Source: Mobula hypostoma
Lineage: Eukaryota
Reading direction: 5' to 3'
DNA: 64,000 nucleotides
NCBI RefSeq assembly: GCF_963921235.1
Contig: NC_086097.1
Coordinates: 212,104,001 to 212,168,000 of the forward strand
The notes beneath the pieces are model-generated. The model worked only from the letters and a program-made list of their open reading frames with translations. It searched no databases and was not told the DNA's origin. The position numbers and the translations under genes are program-made. Below, one piece after another: positions 1 to 12,899 of the stretch. Each line of letters opens with the position of its first letter. The stretch's first letter is position 1.

Positions 1-256
1 AGCACAGAGGTAAGGAGGAATTTTTTAGCCAGCGAGCAGTGAATCTGTGGAATGTTCTGTCACAGACAGTTGTGGAGGCCAAGACCGTGGGTATATTTAA
101 AGTGAAAATTGATAGTTTTCCGATTGGTCAGGGCATCAAAGGTTTTGGTGAGAAGGCAGGTGTATGGGGTTGAGTGGGATCGGGAATCAGCTATGATGGA
201 ATGGCAAAGCAGTCTTGATGGGCCGAATGGCTTAATTCTGCTCCTATATCTTATGA
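1..256 (+). mobile_element. CR1 LINE 3' end fragment
   Basis: Typical CR1 ORF2 end and tail (GGGCCGAATGGC...CTGCTCCTATATCTTATG). Confidence 0.8.
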
Positions 257-1540
257 TTTCATGGTTTCCCCTCATGTTTTCCCTTAAATTTCTCATGTTT
301 CAACCTTAAGCCATGACCTCTGGTTGTACTCCACCCAACTGAAGTAGAAAAAGCCTGCTTGCATTACCCCATATACCCCTCATAATTTTGTATACCTCTA
401 TCAAATCTCCTCTCAATCTTCTACATTCTAAAGAATACAGAACTAACCTGTTAAATCTTTCCATATGACTTGGATCCTCCAGACCCGACAACATCCTTGT
501 AAATTTTCTCTGCACTCTTTCAACTTTATTTCCATCTTTCCCGTAGGTAGGTAACCAAAACTGCAGACAATACCCCAAATTAGGCAGCCCGAGTCTTATA
601 GAACTTCAACATAACATCCCATCTTTTGATCACAATACATTCAATGTTCAATAGCTTTCATTACGACCCTATACACTTGCAATCCTTTCAACAAATTGTA
701 TACCTGTATTCCCAGATCCCTTTGTTCTACCACACTCCACAGTGCCCTAACTTTCACTGTGTAAGACTTACCCTGGTTGATCCTACCGAAGTGCAAAACT
801 TCGCACTTACAATTTTTTGGCCCACTTTTCCAGTGGATGCAGATCCCTCTGCACGCCATGATTGCCTACCTCACTGTCCGCTACTCCCCCAATCTCGAAG
901 GCCATCTGCAAATTTACTGATCCATGATTCTGAGATGTCTGAAAGTGGTTTCATGCCACTGCAGTGTAAGACAAAATAGTTGTTTTCTCGGTGCATACAA
1001 AGCTTTGACAATACAAGTAGGGAACATTTCAATTTTACACTAAAGCACTGCAAATTTACTGATCCAGTTAACATTATCCAAATCATTGATATAGATAACG
1101 GACAACAAAGGAGCCAAAACCGATCCCCGTGGCACACCATTCATTAGTCACAGGTCTCCAGTCAGAGAGACAACCCTCTACTGCCACTCTCTGGTTTCTC
1201 CCACACAGCCTATGTTTAATCCAATTTACGAACTCACCCTGAATGTCGAGCCACTGAACCTTCTAGACCAGCCTCCCACGCAGGATATTGTCAAATGCCT
1301 TACTAAAGTTCATGTAGACAACACCAACTGGCTTGCCTTCATCTACTTTCCTGGTAACCTCCTCGAAAAACTCAAGATTGGTTTAACCTGACCCACCACG
1401 CACGAAGCCATGCTGACTAACCTTAATGTTCATGTCTATTCAAATACTTATACACACTGTCTCTTAGAACACCTTTCAATAACTTTCCCACAACTGATGT
1501 CGGATTCACTGGCCTATAATTTCCTGGTTCATGTTTAGAG

Positions 1541-4500
1541 GATCGAGGAACGACTGTGCAGGCGCGTGGATGTCAGTGAGTTAGACTAGCAGGAGTGTTT
1601 AAAAGGAGATTATTTTCTCTTTGACGGTTTGATCGAGGAACGACTGCGCAGGCATGTGGACACCAGCAAGTTAGACTGGCGGAGAGTTTAAAAAGACAGC
1701 TTTATAAAGCAGGCTACAGAGTAGAGGGAGTCAAAGGCTTTGGCTCAATGGGGCTTCAGTGATAACGGGTCAAAGCGAGGCAACTAACTTGTGAAGTATA
1801 TGAATAGCAAGTATGTCTGTGATGCCAGTGTTCTGTACTGGGTGTCAGATGTGGGATGTCCAGGAGACTCCCAGCGTCCTGGACAGCTACATCTGCGCCA
1901 GGTGTGTCAAGCTGCAGTGCCTTAATGTCCGGGTTAGGGAACTGGAGATGCAGCTCGATGACCTTCGTTTAGTCAGGGAAAGTGAGGTGGTGACAGACAG
2001 TAGTCACACTGGGGCCTCAGGAGACAGGTAAGTGGGTAACAGTCAGGAGAGGGAAGGGCAAGAGTCAGATACTAGACAGTACCCCTGTGGCTGTTCCCCT
2101 TGACAATAAGTACTCCTGTTTGAGTACTGTTGGAGGGGATGACCTACCTGGGGGAAGCAACAGTGGTCACACCTCTGGCACAGAGTCTGGCTCTGTGGCT
2201 CAGAGGGGAGGGAAAGGAAGAGGATGGCAGCAGTGATAAGGGACTCTATAGTTAGGGGGTCAGACAGTCGATTCTGTAGACGCAGGAAAGAAACATGGAT
2301 GGTAGTTTGCCTCCCGTGCCAGGATCCGGGATGTTTCTGATCATGTCCACGACATCCAGAAGTGGGAAGGTGAACAGCCAGAGGGGGTGGTACATATTGG
2401 TACCAACGACATAGGTAGGAAAAGGGGAGGAGGTCCTGAAAACAAACCACCGGGAGTTAGAAAGCAAGTTGAAAAGCAGGACCTCAAAGGTAGTAATCTC
2501 AGGATTACTGCCTGCACCACGAGCCAGTGAGTACGCATAGGAATAGAGTGAGGTGGAAGTTAAATGCGTGGCTGAGGAATTGGAGCAGGGGGCAGGGATT
2601 CAGATTTATGGATCATTGGGACCTCTTTTGGGGCAGGAATGACTTGTACAAAAAGGACGGGTTGCACTTGAATCCGAGGGGGATCAGTATCCAGGCAGGG
2701 AGGTTTGCTAAGACTATTGGGGAGAGTTTAAACTAGAATCGCTCGGGGGTGGGAACCAAAGAGATGGAGGAAGGGGCAGCTGGCTCACAAATCGAGAAAG
2801 CTTGCAGACAGTGTGAGAGGGAGGTTAGGCAGGTGATAGAGAAGGGATACACTCAGACTGATGGTTTGAGATGTGCCTAGATGATACTCCTTGCTTCATG
2901 CAAAGAGTGTCATGAACAAAGTGGATGAGATTAGAGCCTGGATCAGTACTTGAAGCTATGATGTTGTGGCCATTACAGAGACTTGGATGGCTCAGGGACA
3001 GGAATGGATACTTAGAGTGCCAGGCTTTAGATGTTTCAGAAAGGACAGGGAGGGAGGCAAAAGAGGTGGGGGTGTGGCACTGCTGATCAGAGATAGTGCC
3101 ACGGTTGTAGAAAAGCAGGAAGTCATGGAAGGATTGTCTGCTGAGTCTCTGTGGGTGGAAGTTAAGAATAGGAAGGAGTCAATGACTCTACTGGGTGTTT
3201 TTTATTGACCACCCAATAGCAACAGGGACATCAAGGAGCAGATAGGGAGACAGATTATGGAAAAATGTCATAATAACAGGGTTGTCATGGTGGGAGATTT
3301 TAATTTCCCAAATATAGATTGGCATTTCTCTAGAGCGAGGGGTTCAGATGGGGTGGAGTTTGATAGGTGTGTTCAGGAAGGTTTCCTGACACAATATGTA
3401 GATAAGCCTACAAGAGGAGAGGCTGTACTTGATCTGGTATTGGGAAATGAACCTAGTCAGGTGTCAGGTCTCTCAGTGGGAGAGCATTTTGGAGATAGTG
3501 ATCACAATTCTATCTCCTTCACCATAGCATTTGAGAGGGATAGGAACAGACAAGTTAGGAAAGTGTTTGTGGAGTAAGGGGAAATATGAAGCTATCAGGC
3601 AGAAACTTGGAAGCATAAGTTGGGAACAGATTTTTTCAGGGAAATGTAAAGCAGAAATGTGGCAAATCTTCAGGGGATATTTGCATGGTGTTCTGCATAG
3701 GTACATTCCAATGAGACAGGGAAAGGATGATAGGGTACAGGAACCATGGTGTACAAAGGCTGCTGAAAATCTAGTCAAGAAGAAGAGAAAAGCTTACGAA
3801 AGGTACAAAAAACTAGGCAATAATAGAGATCTAGATGATTATAAGGCTAGCAGGAAGGAGCTTAAGAATGAAATTAGGAGAGCCAGAAGGGGCCATGAGA
3901 AGGCCTTGGCAGGCAGGATTAAAGAAAACCCCAAGGCATTCTACAATGGGAAGAACAAGAAGATAAGATGTGAGAGAATAGGACCAATCAAGTGCGACAG
4001 TGGAAAAGTGTGTATGGAACCGGAGGAGGTAGCAGAAGTACTTAATGAATACTTTGCTTCAGTATTCACTACGGAAAAGGACCTTGGCAATTGTAGGGAT
4101 GACTTACAGTGGACTGAAAAGCTTAAGCATATAGACATTAAGAAAGAGGATGTGCTGGAACATTTCGAAAGTATCAAGTTGGATAAATCACTAGGACCGG
4201 ATGTGATATACGCCAGGCTACTGTAGGAGGCAAGGGAGAAGCTTGCTGAGCCTCTGGCAATGATTCTTGCATCATCAATGGGGATGGGAGAGGTTTCAGA
4301 GGATTGGAGGGTTGCAGATATTGTTCCCTTATTCAAGAAAGGCAGTAGAAATAGCCCAGGAAATTATAGACCAGTGAGTCTTACTTAGTGGTTGGTAAGT
4401 TGATGGAGAAGATCCTGAGAGGCAGGACTTACGAATATTTGGAGAGGCATAATATGATTAGGAATAGTCAGCATGGCTTTGTCAAAGGCAGGTAGTGCCT

Positions 4501-5601
4501 TACGAGCCTGACTGAATTTTTTGAGGATGTGACTAAACACACTGAAAGTAGAGCAGTAAATATAGTGCATATGGATTTCAGCAAGGCATCTGACAAGGTA
4601 CCCCATGCAAGGCTTACTGAGAAAGTAAGGAGGCATGGGATCCAAGGTGACCTTGCTTTGTGGATCCAGAACTGGCTTGCCCACAGAAGGCAATGAGCGG
4701 TTGTAGACGGGTCTTATTCTGCATGGAGGTCAGTGACCAGTGGTGTGCCTCAGGGATCTGTTCTGGGACCCCTTCTCTTCGTGATTTTTATAAATGACCC
4801 GGATGAGGAAGTGGAGGGATGGGTTAGTAAATTTGTTGATGACACAAAGGTTGGGGTGTTGTGGAGGGTTGTCGGAGGTTACAGGAGGACATTGATAGGA
4901 TGCAAAACTGGGCTGAGAAGTGGCAGATGGAGTTCAACCCAGATAAGTGTGAGGTGGTTCATTTTGGTAGGTTTAATGGTTATTAAAGGTAAGACTCTTG
5001 GCAGTGTGGAGGATCAGAGGGATCTTGGGGTTCATGTCTATAGGACACTCAAAGCTGCTGTGCAGGTTGACTGTGTGGTTAAAAAATTGCACGGTGCATT
5101 GGCCTTCATCAACTGTGGGATTGAGTTCAAGAGCCCAGTGGTAATGTTACAGCTATATAGGACCCTGGTCAGACCCCATTTGGAGTGCTGTGCTCAGTTC
5201 TGGTCACCTCACTACAGGAATGACGTGGAAACTATAGAAAGGGTACCGAGGAGATTTACAAAGATGTCGCCTGAATTGGGGAGCATGCCTTATGAGAATA
5301 GGTTGATTGAACTTGACCTTTTCTCCTTGGAGTGACGGAAGATGAGAAGTGACCTGATAGAGGTGTAAAAGCTGATGAGGCATTGATTGTGTCAGAGGCT
5401 TTCTCCCAGGGCGGAAATGGCTAACACGAGAGGGCACAGTTTTAAGGTGCTTGGAAGTACGTACAGTCAGGAAGTACATGGATTTTAGAAAACTAGAGGG
5501 CTATGGGTAACCCTAGATAATTTCTAAAGTAAGTACATGTTCAGCACAGCATTGTGGGCTGAAGGGCCTGTAATGTGCTTTAGGTTTTCTATGTTTCTAT
5601 G
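1541..5601 (+). mobile_element. Near full-length CR1 LINE with disrupted ORF1 (zinc finger + SGNH esterase) and ORF2 (APE + RT)
   Basis: CxxC...CxxC and DGLHLN in ORF1; AITETW, GDFN, SDH and [10 protein letters not shown] in ORF2; tail TTCTATGTTTCTATG; many stops and frameshifts. Confidence 0.92.
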
Positions 5602-6635
5602 TATTTTTTAAACAGCGGCACAACATTGGCTATCCTTCAATTCTCTAGTACGTCTCCTGTCACTAAGGATGTTTTAAATATCTCTACTAGGGCCCCAACA
5701 ATTTTTGCATTTGCCTTCTGTTGGGTCCGAGGGAACAACTTTTCAGGCTCTGGGGAATTATCCACCCTGATTTATTTCATCTCCTCCTCTGTAATCTGTA
5801 CAGGATCCAAAAAGATGATGCTGTTTTGCCTCGCTTCTATAGACTCTGTATCTGTCTCCTGAGTAAATACAGATGCAATGAATGTATTTAAAATCTCCCC
5901 TGTCTGTTTTGACTCCACACATGGATTACTATCCTGGTCTTCCAGAGGACCAGCTTTGTCTCTATCAAACCTTTTGCTCTTAACATACATGTAGAAAATC
6001 TTGGGATTCTCCTTCACCTTGTCTGCTAGAGCAACTTCATGCTTTCTTTTAGTCTTCCTGATTACTTTCTTAAGTGCTCTCTTGCATTTCTTGTACTCTG
6101 TAAGCTCCTCATTTGTTCCTACCTGCCTATACCTGCTATGCACCTCCTGGTTTCACTTAACTAGTACCTCAATATCTCTGAAAACCAGGTGCTCTACACT
6201 TGTTCTCTTTAGCTTTTATTCTGACAGGCACATACAAGCTTTGTGCTCTGAAAATTTTGCTTTTGAAGGCCTCCCACCTTCCAAGTACACCTTTGCCAGA
6301 GAACAGCCAGTCCCAACTTACACATGCGAGATCATTTCTGATACCACCAAAATTGGCCCTTCTTCAATTTAGAATCTCAACCCACAGACCAGTTCTATCT
6401 ATTTGCATATTTATTTTGAAACTAATAGCATTGTGGTCACTGGATGCAAAGTGTTCCCCTGCACAAACTCCTGTCACCTGCCCTGTCTCATTCCATAATA
6501 GCAGATGCTGTATCGCATGCTCTCTCATTGGGATTTCTATGTACTGAAGGAGGAAACTTTCCTGAATACATTTGACAAACTCTACCTCAACTAGTCCTTT
6601 TACAGTACATGGAAAGCTAACATCACCTAATTTAA

Positions 6636-6788
6636 GCAACACACATAAAAAGAAACCCTTCCGGCCTGAAACGTCGACTGCACCTCTTCCTAGAGATGCT
6701 GCCTGGCCTGCTGCGTTCACCAGCAACTTTTATGTGTGTTGCTTGAACTTCCAGCATCTGCAGAATTCCTGTTGTTTGTGTTTTTAAA
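6636..6788 (+). mobile_element. Penelope 3' tail mini-insertion with a short inverted cap
   Basis: Matches about 25965-26080; TSD ATCACCTAATTTAA at 6622-6635 and 6789-6802. Confidence 0.88.
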
Positions 6789-8074
6789 ATCACCTAATTT
6801 AACAACCTTGTGTTTCTTGCAACAGTCTGCAATCTCTTTACACATTTGTTCCTCTAAATCCCTACGACTGTTGGGTGGTCTGTAACATACGGTGCCTTTA
6901 AAAGGCATTCACTACCCTTGGAAGATTTCATGTTTATTGTTTCACAACATGGAATCACAATGGAATTAATTTCACTTTTTTGATACTGATCAACAGAAAA
7001 AGACTTTCGTATCAAAGTGAAAACAGATCCCTACAAAGTGATCTAAATTAATTTCAAATATAAAACACAAAATGATTGATTGCATTAGTATTCACTTCCT
7101 TCTAGTCACTATTGAGTAGATGCATCCTTGGCAACAATTACAGCCTTGAGTCTGTGTGGAAAGGTCTCTATCAGCTTTGCACATCTGGACTCTGCAATTT
7201 TTCCCCATTCTTCCTTACAAAGCTGCTCAAGCCCTGTCAGATTGCATGGAGATCATGAGTGTGTAGCCCTTTTCAATTCCAGACACAAATTCTCAATTGG
7301 ATTGAGGTCTGTATGCTGACTTGGCCACTCCAGGACATTAACTTTGTTGTTTTTAGCCATTCCTGTGTAGCTCTGGCTTTATGCTTGGGGTCATTATCTT
7401 GCTGGAAAACAAATCTTCTCCCAAGTCACAGTTCTCTTGTAGGCTACATGAGTTTTTCCTCCAAGATTTCCCTGTATTTTGCTGCATTCATTTTACACTT
7501 CACAAGCCTTCCAGGGCCTGCTGCAGTGAAGCATCCCCACAGCATGATGCAGCCACCACCATGCTTCACAGTAGGGGTGGTGTGCTTTTGATGATGGGCT
7601 GTGTTTGGCTAATGGCAAAAATAGCTTTTAGTCTGAGGGCCAAAAGGCTCAATTTTAGTTTCATCAGACGATAGAACCTTCTTCCACCTGACTTCTGAAA
7701 CTCTCACATGCCTTCAGGCAAACTGTTGCTGAGATTTCATGTGAGCTTTTCTTCCAAGCAGTGGCGTTCTCTTTGCCACTCTCACATTAAGCTGCGACTA
7801 CAGGTGAGGCACCCAGGCAACAGTTGTTGTATGCACAGTCTCTCCCATCTCAGCCACTGAAGCTGGTAAATCCTCCAGAGTTGTCATAGATCTCTTCGTG
7901 GCTTCCCTCACTAGTCCCTTTCTTGCATGGTCACTTTAGGACAGCCTGCTCTCGGCAGATTTACAGCTGTGCTGTACTCTTCCCATTTCTTGTTGACTGA
8001 TTTAACGGTATTCCAAGGGATATTCAGTGTCTTGAAATTTTTCTTGTAAACATCTCCTGACATGTGCTTTTCAA

Positions 8075-8672
8075 GCAACACACATCAAAGTTGCTGGTGA
8101 ACGCAGCAGGCCAAGCAGCATCTCTAGGAAGAGGCGCAGTCGACGTTTCAGGCCGAGACCCTTCGTCAGGACTAACTGAAGGAAGAGTTAGTAAGAGATT
8201 TGAAAGTGGGAGGGGGAGGGGGAGATCCAAAATGATAGGAGAAGACAGGAGGGGGAGGGAATGGAGCCAAGAGCTGGACAGGTGATTGGCAAAGGGGATA
8301 TGAGAGGATCATGGGACAGGAGGTCCGGGGAGAAAGACAAGTGGGGGGGGGGGAAACCCAGAGGATGGGCAAGGGGTATAGTCAGAGGGACAGAGGAAGA
8401 AAAAGGAGAGTGAGAGAAAGAATGTGTGTATAAAAATAGATAACGGATGGGGTACAAGGGGGAGGTGGGGCATTAGCGGAAGTTAGAGAAGTCTATGTTC
8501 ATGCCATCAGGAGGCTACCCAGACGGAATATAAGGTGTTGTTCCCCCAACTTGAGTGTGGCTTCATCTTTACAGCAGAGGAGGCCGTGGACAGATATGTC
8601 AGAATGGGAATGGGATGTGGAATTAAAATGTCTGGCCACTGGGAGATCCTGCTTTCTCTGGCAGACAGATTT
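8075..8672 (-). mobile_element. Penelope 3' fragment inserted in Tc1
   Basis: Highly similar to 21107-21700; TSD TGCTTTTCAA at 8065-8074 and 8673-8682. Confidence 0.92.
8137..8174 (-). ncRNA. Minimal hammerhead ribozyme motif (Penelope 3' fragment)
   Basis: Same 38-nt motif as 21168-21205. Confidence 0.83.
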
Positions 8673-9744
8673 TGCTTTTCAATAACCTTTTTGCAGAGTT
8701 GCTTGGTGTGTTCTTTTGTCTTCATGCACAGATTGGCTGGCAGAGTTACTTGCAGACATTTTTCATCTCCCCCAGCTTCAATTAAAAGTTCCCAAATGTT
8801 TTAAAAAGACTACTATCATCAAAAGGTAATACCTTCATGACTACCATCGATAGCTCTGACATCTACTATCAGAATTGCTTTGAGAAAATGGCCACTTCAA
8901 CACACTGCAATTCAGCTATCATTGAAACAGATCTATAGATACCACCTCCCTGACCTTGCACGCATCTATGCAGCATCTGGACAGTAAAAACACCCATGTC
9001 AGACTATTGTTTATTGACTATAATACTATCTTTCCAAGCAAATTCATTTCCTGGACCTGGGGCTGAGCAGCTCCCTGTGCAACTGTGTCAGCAACTTCCT
9101 GATTGATAGAACACAATCATTAAGGCCTGGCAGCAACACCTCCACCATGATTATCCTTAACACTGGTGCCCCACAAGGATGTGTCCTCAGCCCCTACTCT
9201 ATTTCCAATATGCTGAAGACTGTATGGCCAGATTCTGCTCTAACTTCAAAACATACCACTATAATGGGATGTTTTTCAAATAACGATATCAAAGCACAAG
9301 AGAAGATAGAAAGCTTTACCTCAATCCCAGCAAGACAAAAGATATCAGGAAGTGAGGCAGAATACCATACCAATAATGGTGCCAAGGTGGAGCTAGTTAC
9401 GAGCTTCAAGTTCCCAGGAGTGATCATCACCTGCCCTGGTCGAATCACATTGATAACACAACCAAGAAAGTTCAGCAATACCTATCTTCTGTACTTCAAT
9501 GAAAATTGGCAAGGGTCAAGAGGGACATGCCAAACTTATTTACCTTCTGAGGAGATAATGAAACTTGGCATGTCCTCTTTGACTCTCACTGATTTCACTG
9601 GACAACAAAGATTTTGCTTCCTGAATATTTTTTGGTGTATTTTATGAATTTTGGGCTGCTGATCATGAAAATCATCATGAAATTTCTCTATCACGCACCA
9701 TTTTTTGTTATAGTCTATATTTGTTATTTCAATTCATAACTGAA

Positions 9745-9992
9745 ACTACTACTACTACTGCTATGTCGACTCAAGCCTAGGGGGCCGGTGTAAGGCACGA
9801 TGACGGACTTTCCACTTCTCCCTCTCCTTCATCAGTGTGTTCAGTTCATCTACATTAGCCACGCCGCTGTCTTCTAGGAGCGTGTTGACCATAGTCCTGG
9901 GAGGGCGCCCAGGGTTCATCCTCCCATGCTTGGGATCCCATATGATGACTAGGCTGGCAGGTAGCTCGGGGTGGCATAGAATGTTGCCCACA
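9745..9992 (-). mobile_element. RTE-like LINE 3' fragment
   Basis: GRPPRTMVNTL...EREKW C-terminus followed by a (TAG)n tail. Confidence 0.65.
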
Positions 9993-11280
9993 ATGTAAAG
10001 TAAAAAGTTTTGTATCTTGTTCAGGCATGTCTGCGCATGCTTAGGCAGGGCGGATACTACATGGCAGGACAGGCTTTAGAAAGGCTATAAAAGCATCATG
10101 CACATACCATTTTATGCATTGCGTTTACATGTATATCGGTTTACGATCACATTGTTGCGCATGCTCTATGTGCATCCCATATTGTGTGTACTCCTTTATA
10201 ACAAGATAATTATATTTTCAGGATTATTTCCGATAGCAAATTGCCTCGCCAATGCTGCAACAGCCACGATACTTTGTTATATTTCTGGTGAGTATATGCT
10301 TAAATCTCAAAAGGCGAAGCATGACTCTTCTTATTAAGAAAGCCTATCAACTCTACTTTGGCAACCAAGGCAAGGATTGGGCTCCTCACATTTGTTGTAC
10401 AACATGCACTGTTGATCTTGGAGCTTGGCTCAGAGGTACTTGGAAGTCAATGTCATTCGCTGTCTCGATATGGTAAGAGCAGACTGCTACCTCTATCTGA
10501 CCAGTGTGTATGATTTCTCTGCTAAGAGCAGGAAATCCATTGAATACCCCCAACTCCCTGTGCCGCATGACGATAGTCTTCGAGTACTGAAGTCACCAGA
10601 GACATGGAGTATAGAGCAGGCACACAAAGATGCCATAACGAATGAGCCAGGAATGGAAAACAATACTGATAAAGATTTTGAACGCTTTATGTTAGGTGAG
10701 CCTCATTTTATAAATTAATCTGAATTAAATGATCTAGTCAAAGACTTGGGTTTGTCAAAGGCAAAAGAAGAATCACTGGGTTCAAAGCTGTAAGGATTGA
10801 AACTGCTATCATCACCTGAATAACTAATGCCAAAGATTAAGGAAGGCATTTGTGTTGGTGCACAAATCAAACAGGTCATCAATGACAGACATTTCTAAGA
10901 ACTTATAGTGGGACCAGAGAAAATCACGTGGAAGACATTCAAGGATGTTGCTGAAAATTTTCTTGGCAACTAAAGAGCACTAGGCTATGTGAAGCTGGTT
11001 GACAACATACTTCAAGCATATAAAACCAAGAAGTGCAACATGTACCTAAAGATTCATTTTCTGCACTCCCATTTAGACCACTTCCCTGCAAATCTTGGCA
11101 CTGCCAGTAACAAACATGGTGAAATGTTTCACCAGGACATCACGGTGATGGAGAAACGGTATCAGGGTGACTGGAATCCATCGATGCTGGCTGATTATTT
11201 TAGGATACTTAAGCAAGAAGCCTCAGACACTGAGCACAAACAAAAAATTTTTAGCTTCAGCACCACTATGCAATTAAATG

Positions 11281-12112
11281 CTTCTTTTTCTTCTTCATGT
11301 GCCTTGCGTGTTACACGCTTGGGCGATCATGCTTTCCACATAGAACGATCCCACACAGCGTCAATGATATCTCGCACACTTAGATCTGTTAGTTCTTTCA
11401 CAGTGTCCATATATTTTCTTCTTTGCCTTCCTCTTCCGCGTTTCCCAGGCATACGGCCTTGTAATGTAAGGCATTCTATTTCTCCCTTTCTGATGACGTG
11501 GCCCAGGAATTTAAGTTTCCTCTCATTTAATGTTCTCATTAAAGATCTTTTTGTATGGGCACGTTGGAGTACTGTTTCATCAGTTACCCTATCTCTATAT
11601 GATAGTTTCAGCATTCTTCTAAGAAATCATATTTCTGTGGCTTCTAAGTTTCTTTGGAGTTCTGGTGTTATAGTCCATGTTTCAGAAGCATAGAGCAAGA
11701 TTACCATTTTAGTAGCCTAAGCCTTGTTGTTATAGAAATGTGTCTGTTGGTAAAAATGGGTTTCATTTTCTGTAAGTTGGTTTTGGCAATGGCAATTCTT
11801 CTTTTTATTTCTACTTTACTTCTAGCATCTTGTGAAATAAAACTACCAAGGTAATTAAAGCTGGTCTTTTGTTCAATCCCTTGGTTACCGATGTACAACT
11901 GGCAGTTGGGAGTATCCTGCTGTTTTGACATTACCATACATTTGGTTTTTTTACAGTTGATGGCTAGACCAAAATCTGCACTTGTTTGTACTACGTTGCC
12001 TAGGAGGATTTGTAGGTCTTCTGCAGCACTTGCTATTAGAGTGGTATCGTCTGCATATCTTATATTGTTGATGTTAACACCTCCAATTTTTATCCCACCC
12101 AGGTCTTATATT
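11281..12112 (-). mobile_element. RTE LINE 3' fragment nested in the Chapaev-like element
   Basis: FNYLGS, RRIAIAK, KLKFLGHVIR, GKRGRGRQR; GAA-rich tail; imperfect flank duplication CAAT(T)AAATG. Confidence 0.85.
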
Positions 12113-12899
12113 CAATAAATGTTCATTTTTTTCTCCAAATTCCTACGTGATACAAATAGTCTGAAATTATATTTGTGTTCAGTTTCAAGTGGTTTATCAT
12201 AACCACAAAACATTTCCGAGGAAGCAACACTTTAGAAAAAGTTTGCTGTCCTGTGGTTTTATTGATGCGCCATAGAAAGCATCCTATTTGAATGCATCAC
12301 GGTTTAGTAGGTAACTCTTAGACCATAAGATATAGGAACAGAATTAGGCCACTTGGATCTGCTACTCCATCAAGATGGACTCTTGACCTCATTTTTCGAT
12401 GCATCATATTGACTGCTTGTAATGCCCCTTCTCTTAACTAGTACACTTCATTCTGCAATCTGCTATTGTTTTCTATTGTACTCAATGCACTGTTGTAATG
12501 AACTGATTGTATGACTGTATGCGAGACAAGTTTTTCCACTGTACCTCAGTATATGTGACAACAATAAATCTATTTATCAATAAATGCCCTTGACCACTGC
12601 TTCTCCCTGAGCTGCTTGTCCATATTCTTGGACATGCTCCAATTGGCATCTCTCAAATCTGACCAAAATATTGGACCCACTCCCAGTCTCTTGTTCCAGC
12701 TACACAGCAACCCAACATCCTTGACCCCTGGTTCTGGACATATACCAAATCACACTGCTGTTCTGAATGCACACCCAACCAACTCCGCAATGAGCAGCAA
12801 CCATAATCTTGCTCCCACCCCTGCACCGACTCTGCTGCTCCTCTCCAGACATTTGTCAGAAAAGCATCCCAAAGGGAGACAAACCGGGTGATTTCAATG

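Larger units (their letters stand above)
270..6888 (-). mobile_element. Degraded CR1 LINE, split by a second CR1 (1541-5601) and a Penelope piece (6636-6788)
   Basis: Minus-strand ORF remnants (ERVQRKFTRM, KVKENPKIFY, SDHNAISF); the sequence resumes in register after 5601. Confidence 0.8.
6890..8750 (-). mobile_element. Tc1-like transposon, degraded and truncated (same family as 55277-56866)
   Basis: Terminus TA-CGGTGCCTTTAAAAGG; reverse complement of the transposase region of the 55-57 kb copy. Confidence 0.85.
9596..12255 (+). mobile_element. Chapaev3-like (CMC) DNA transposon, degraded
   Basis: TIR CACTGGACAACAAA/TTTGCTGTCCTGTG; remnants QGKDWAPHICC and KIHFLHSHLDHFPANLG...HGEMFHQDI...RYQG...MLADY. 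The family name is from recall. Confidence 0.75.
8780..12585 (+). mobile_element. Old Rex1/L2-like LINE remnant, split by the 9596-12255 transposon
   Basis: NTGAPQGCVLSP at 9147 onward; the sequence resumes at about 12256. Confidence 0.6.
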
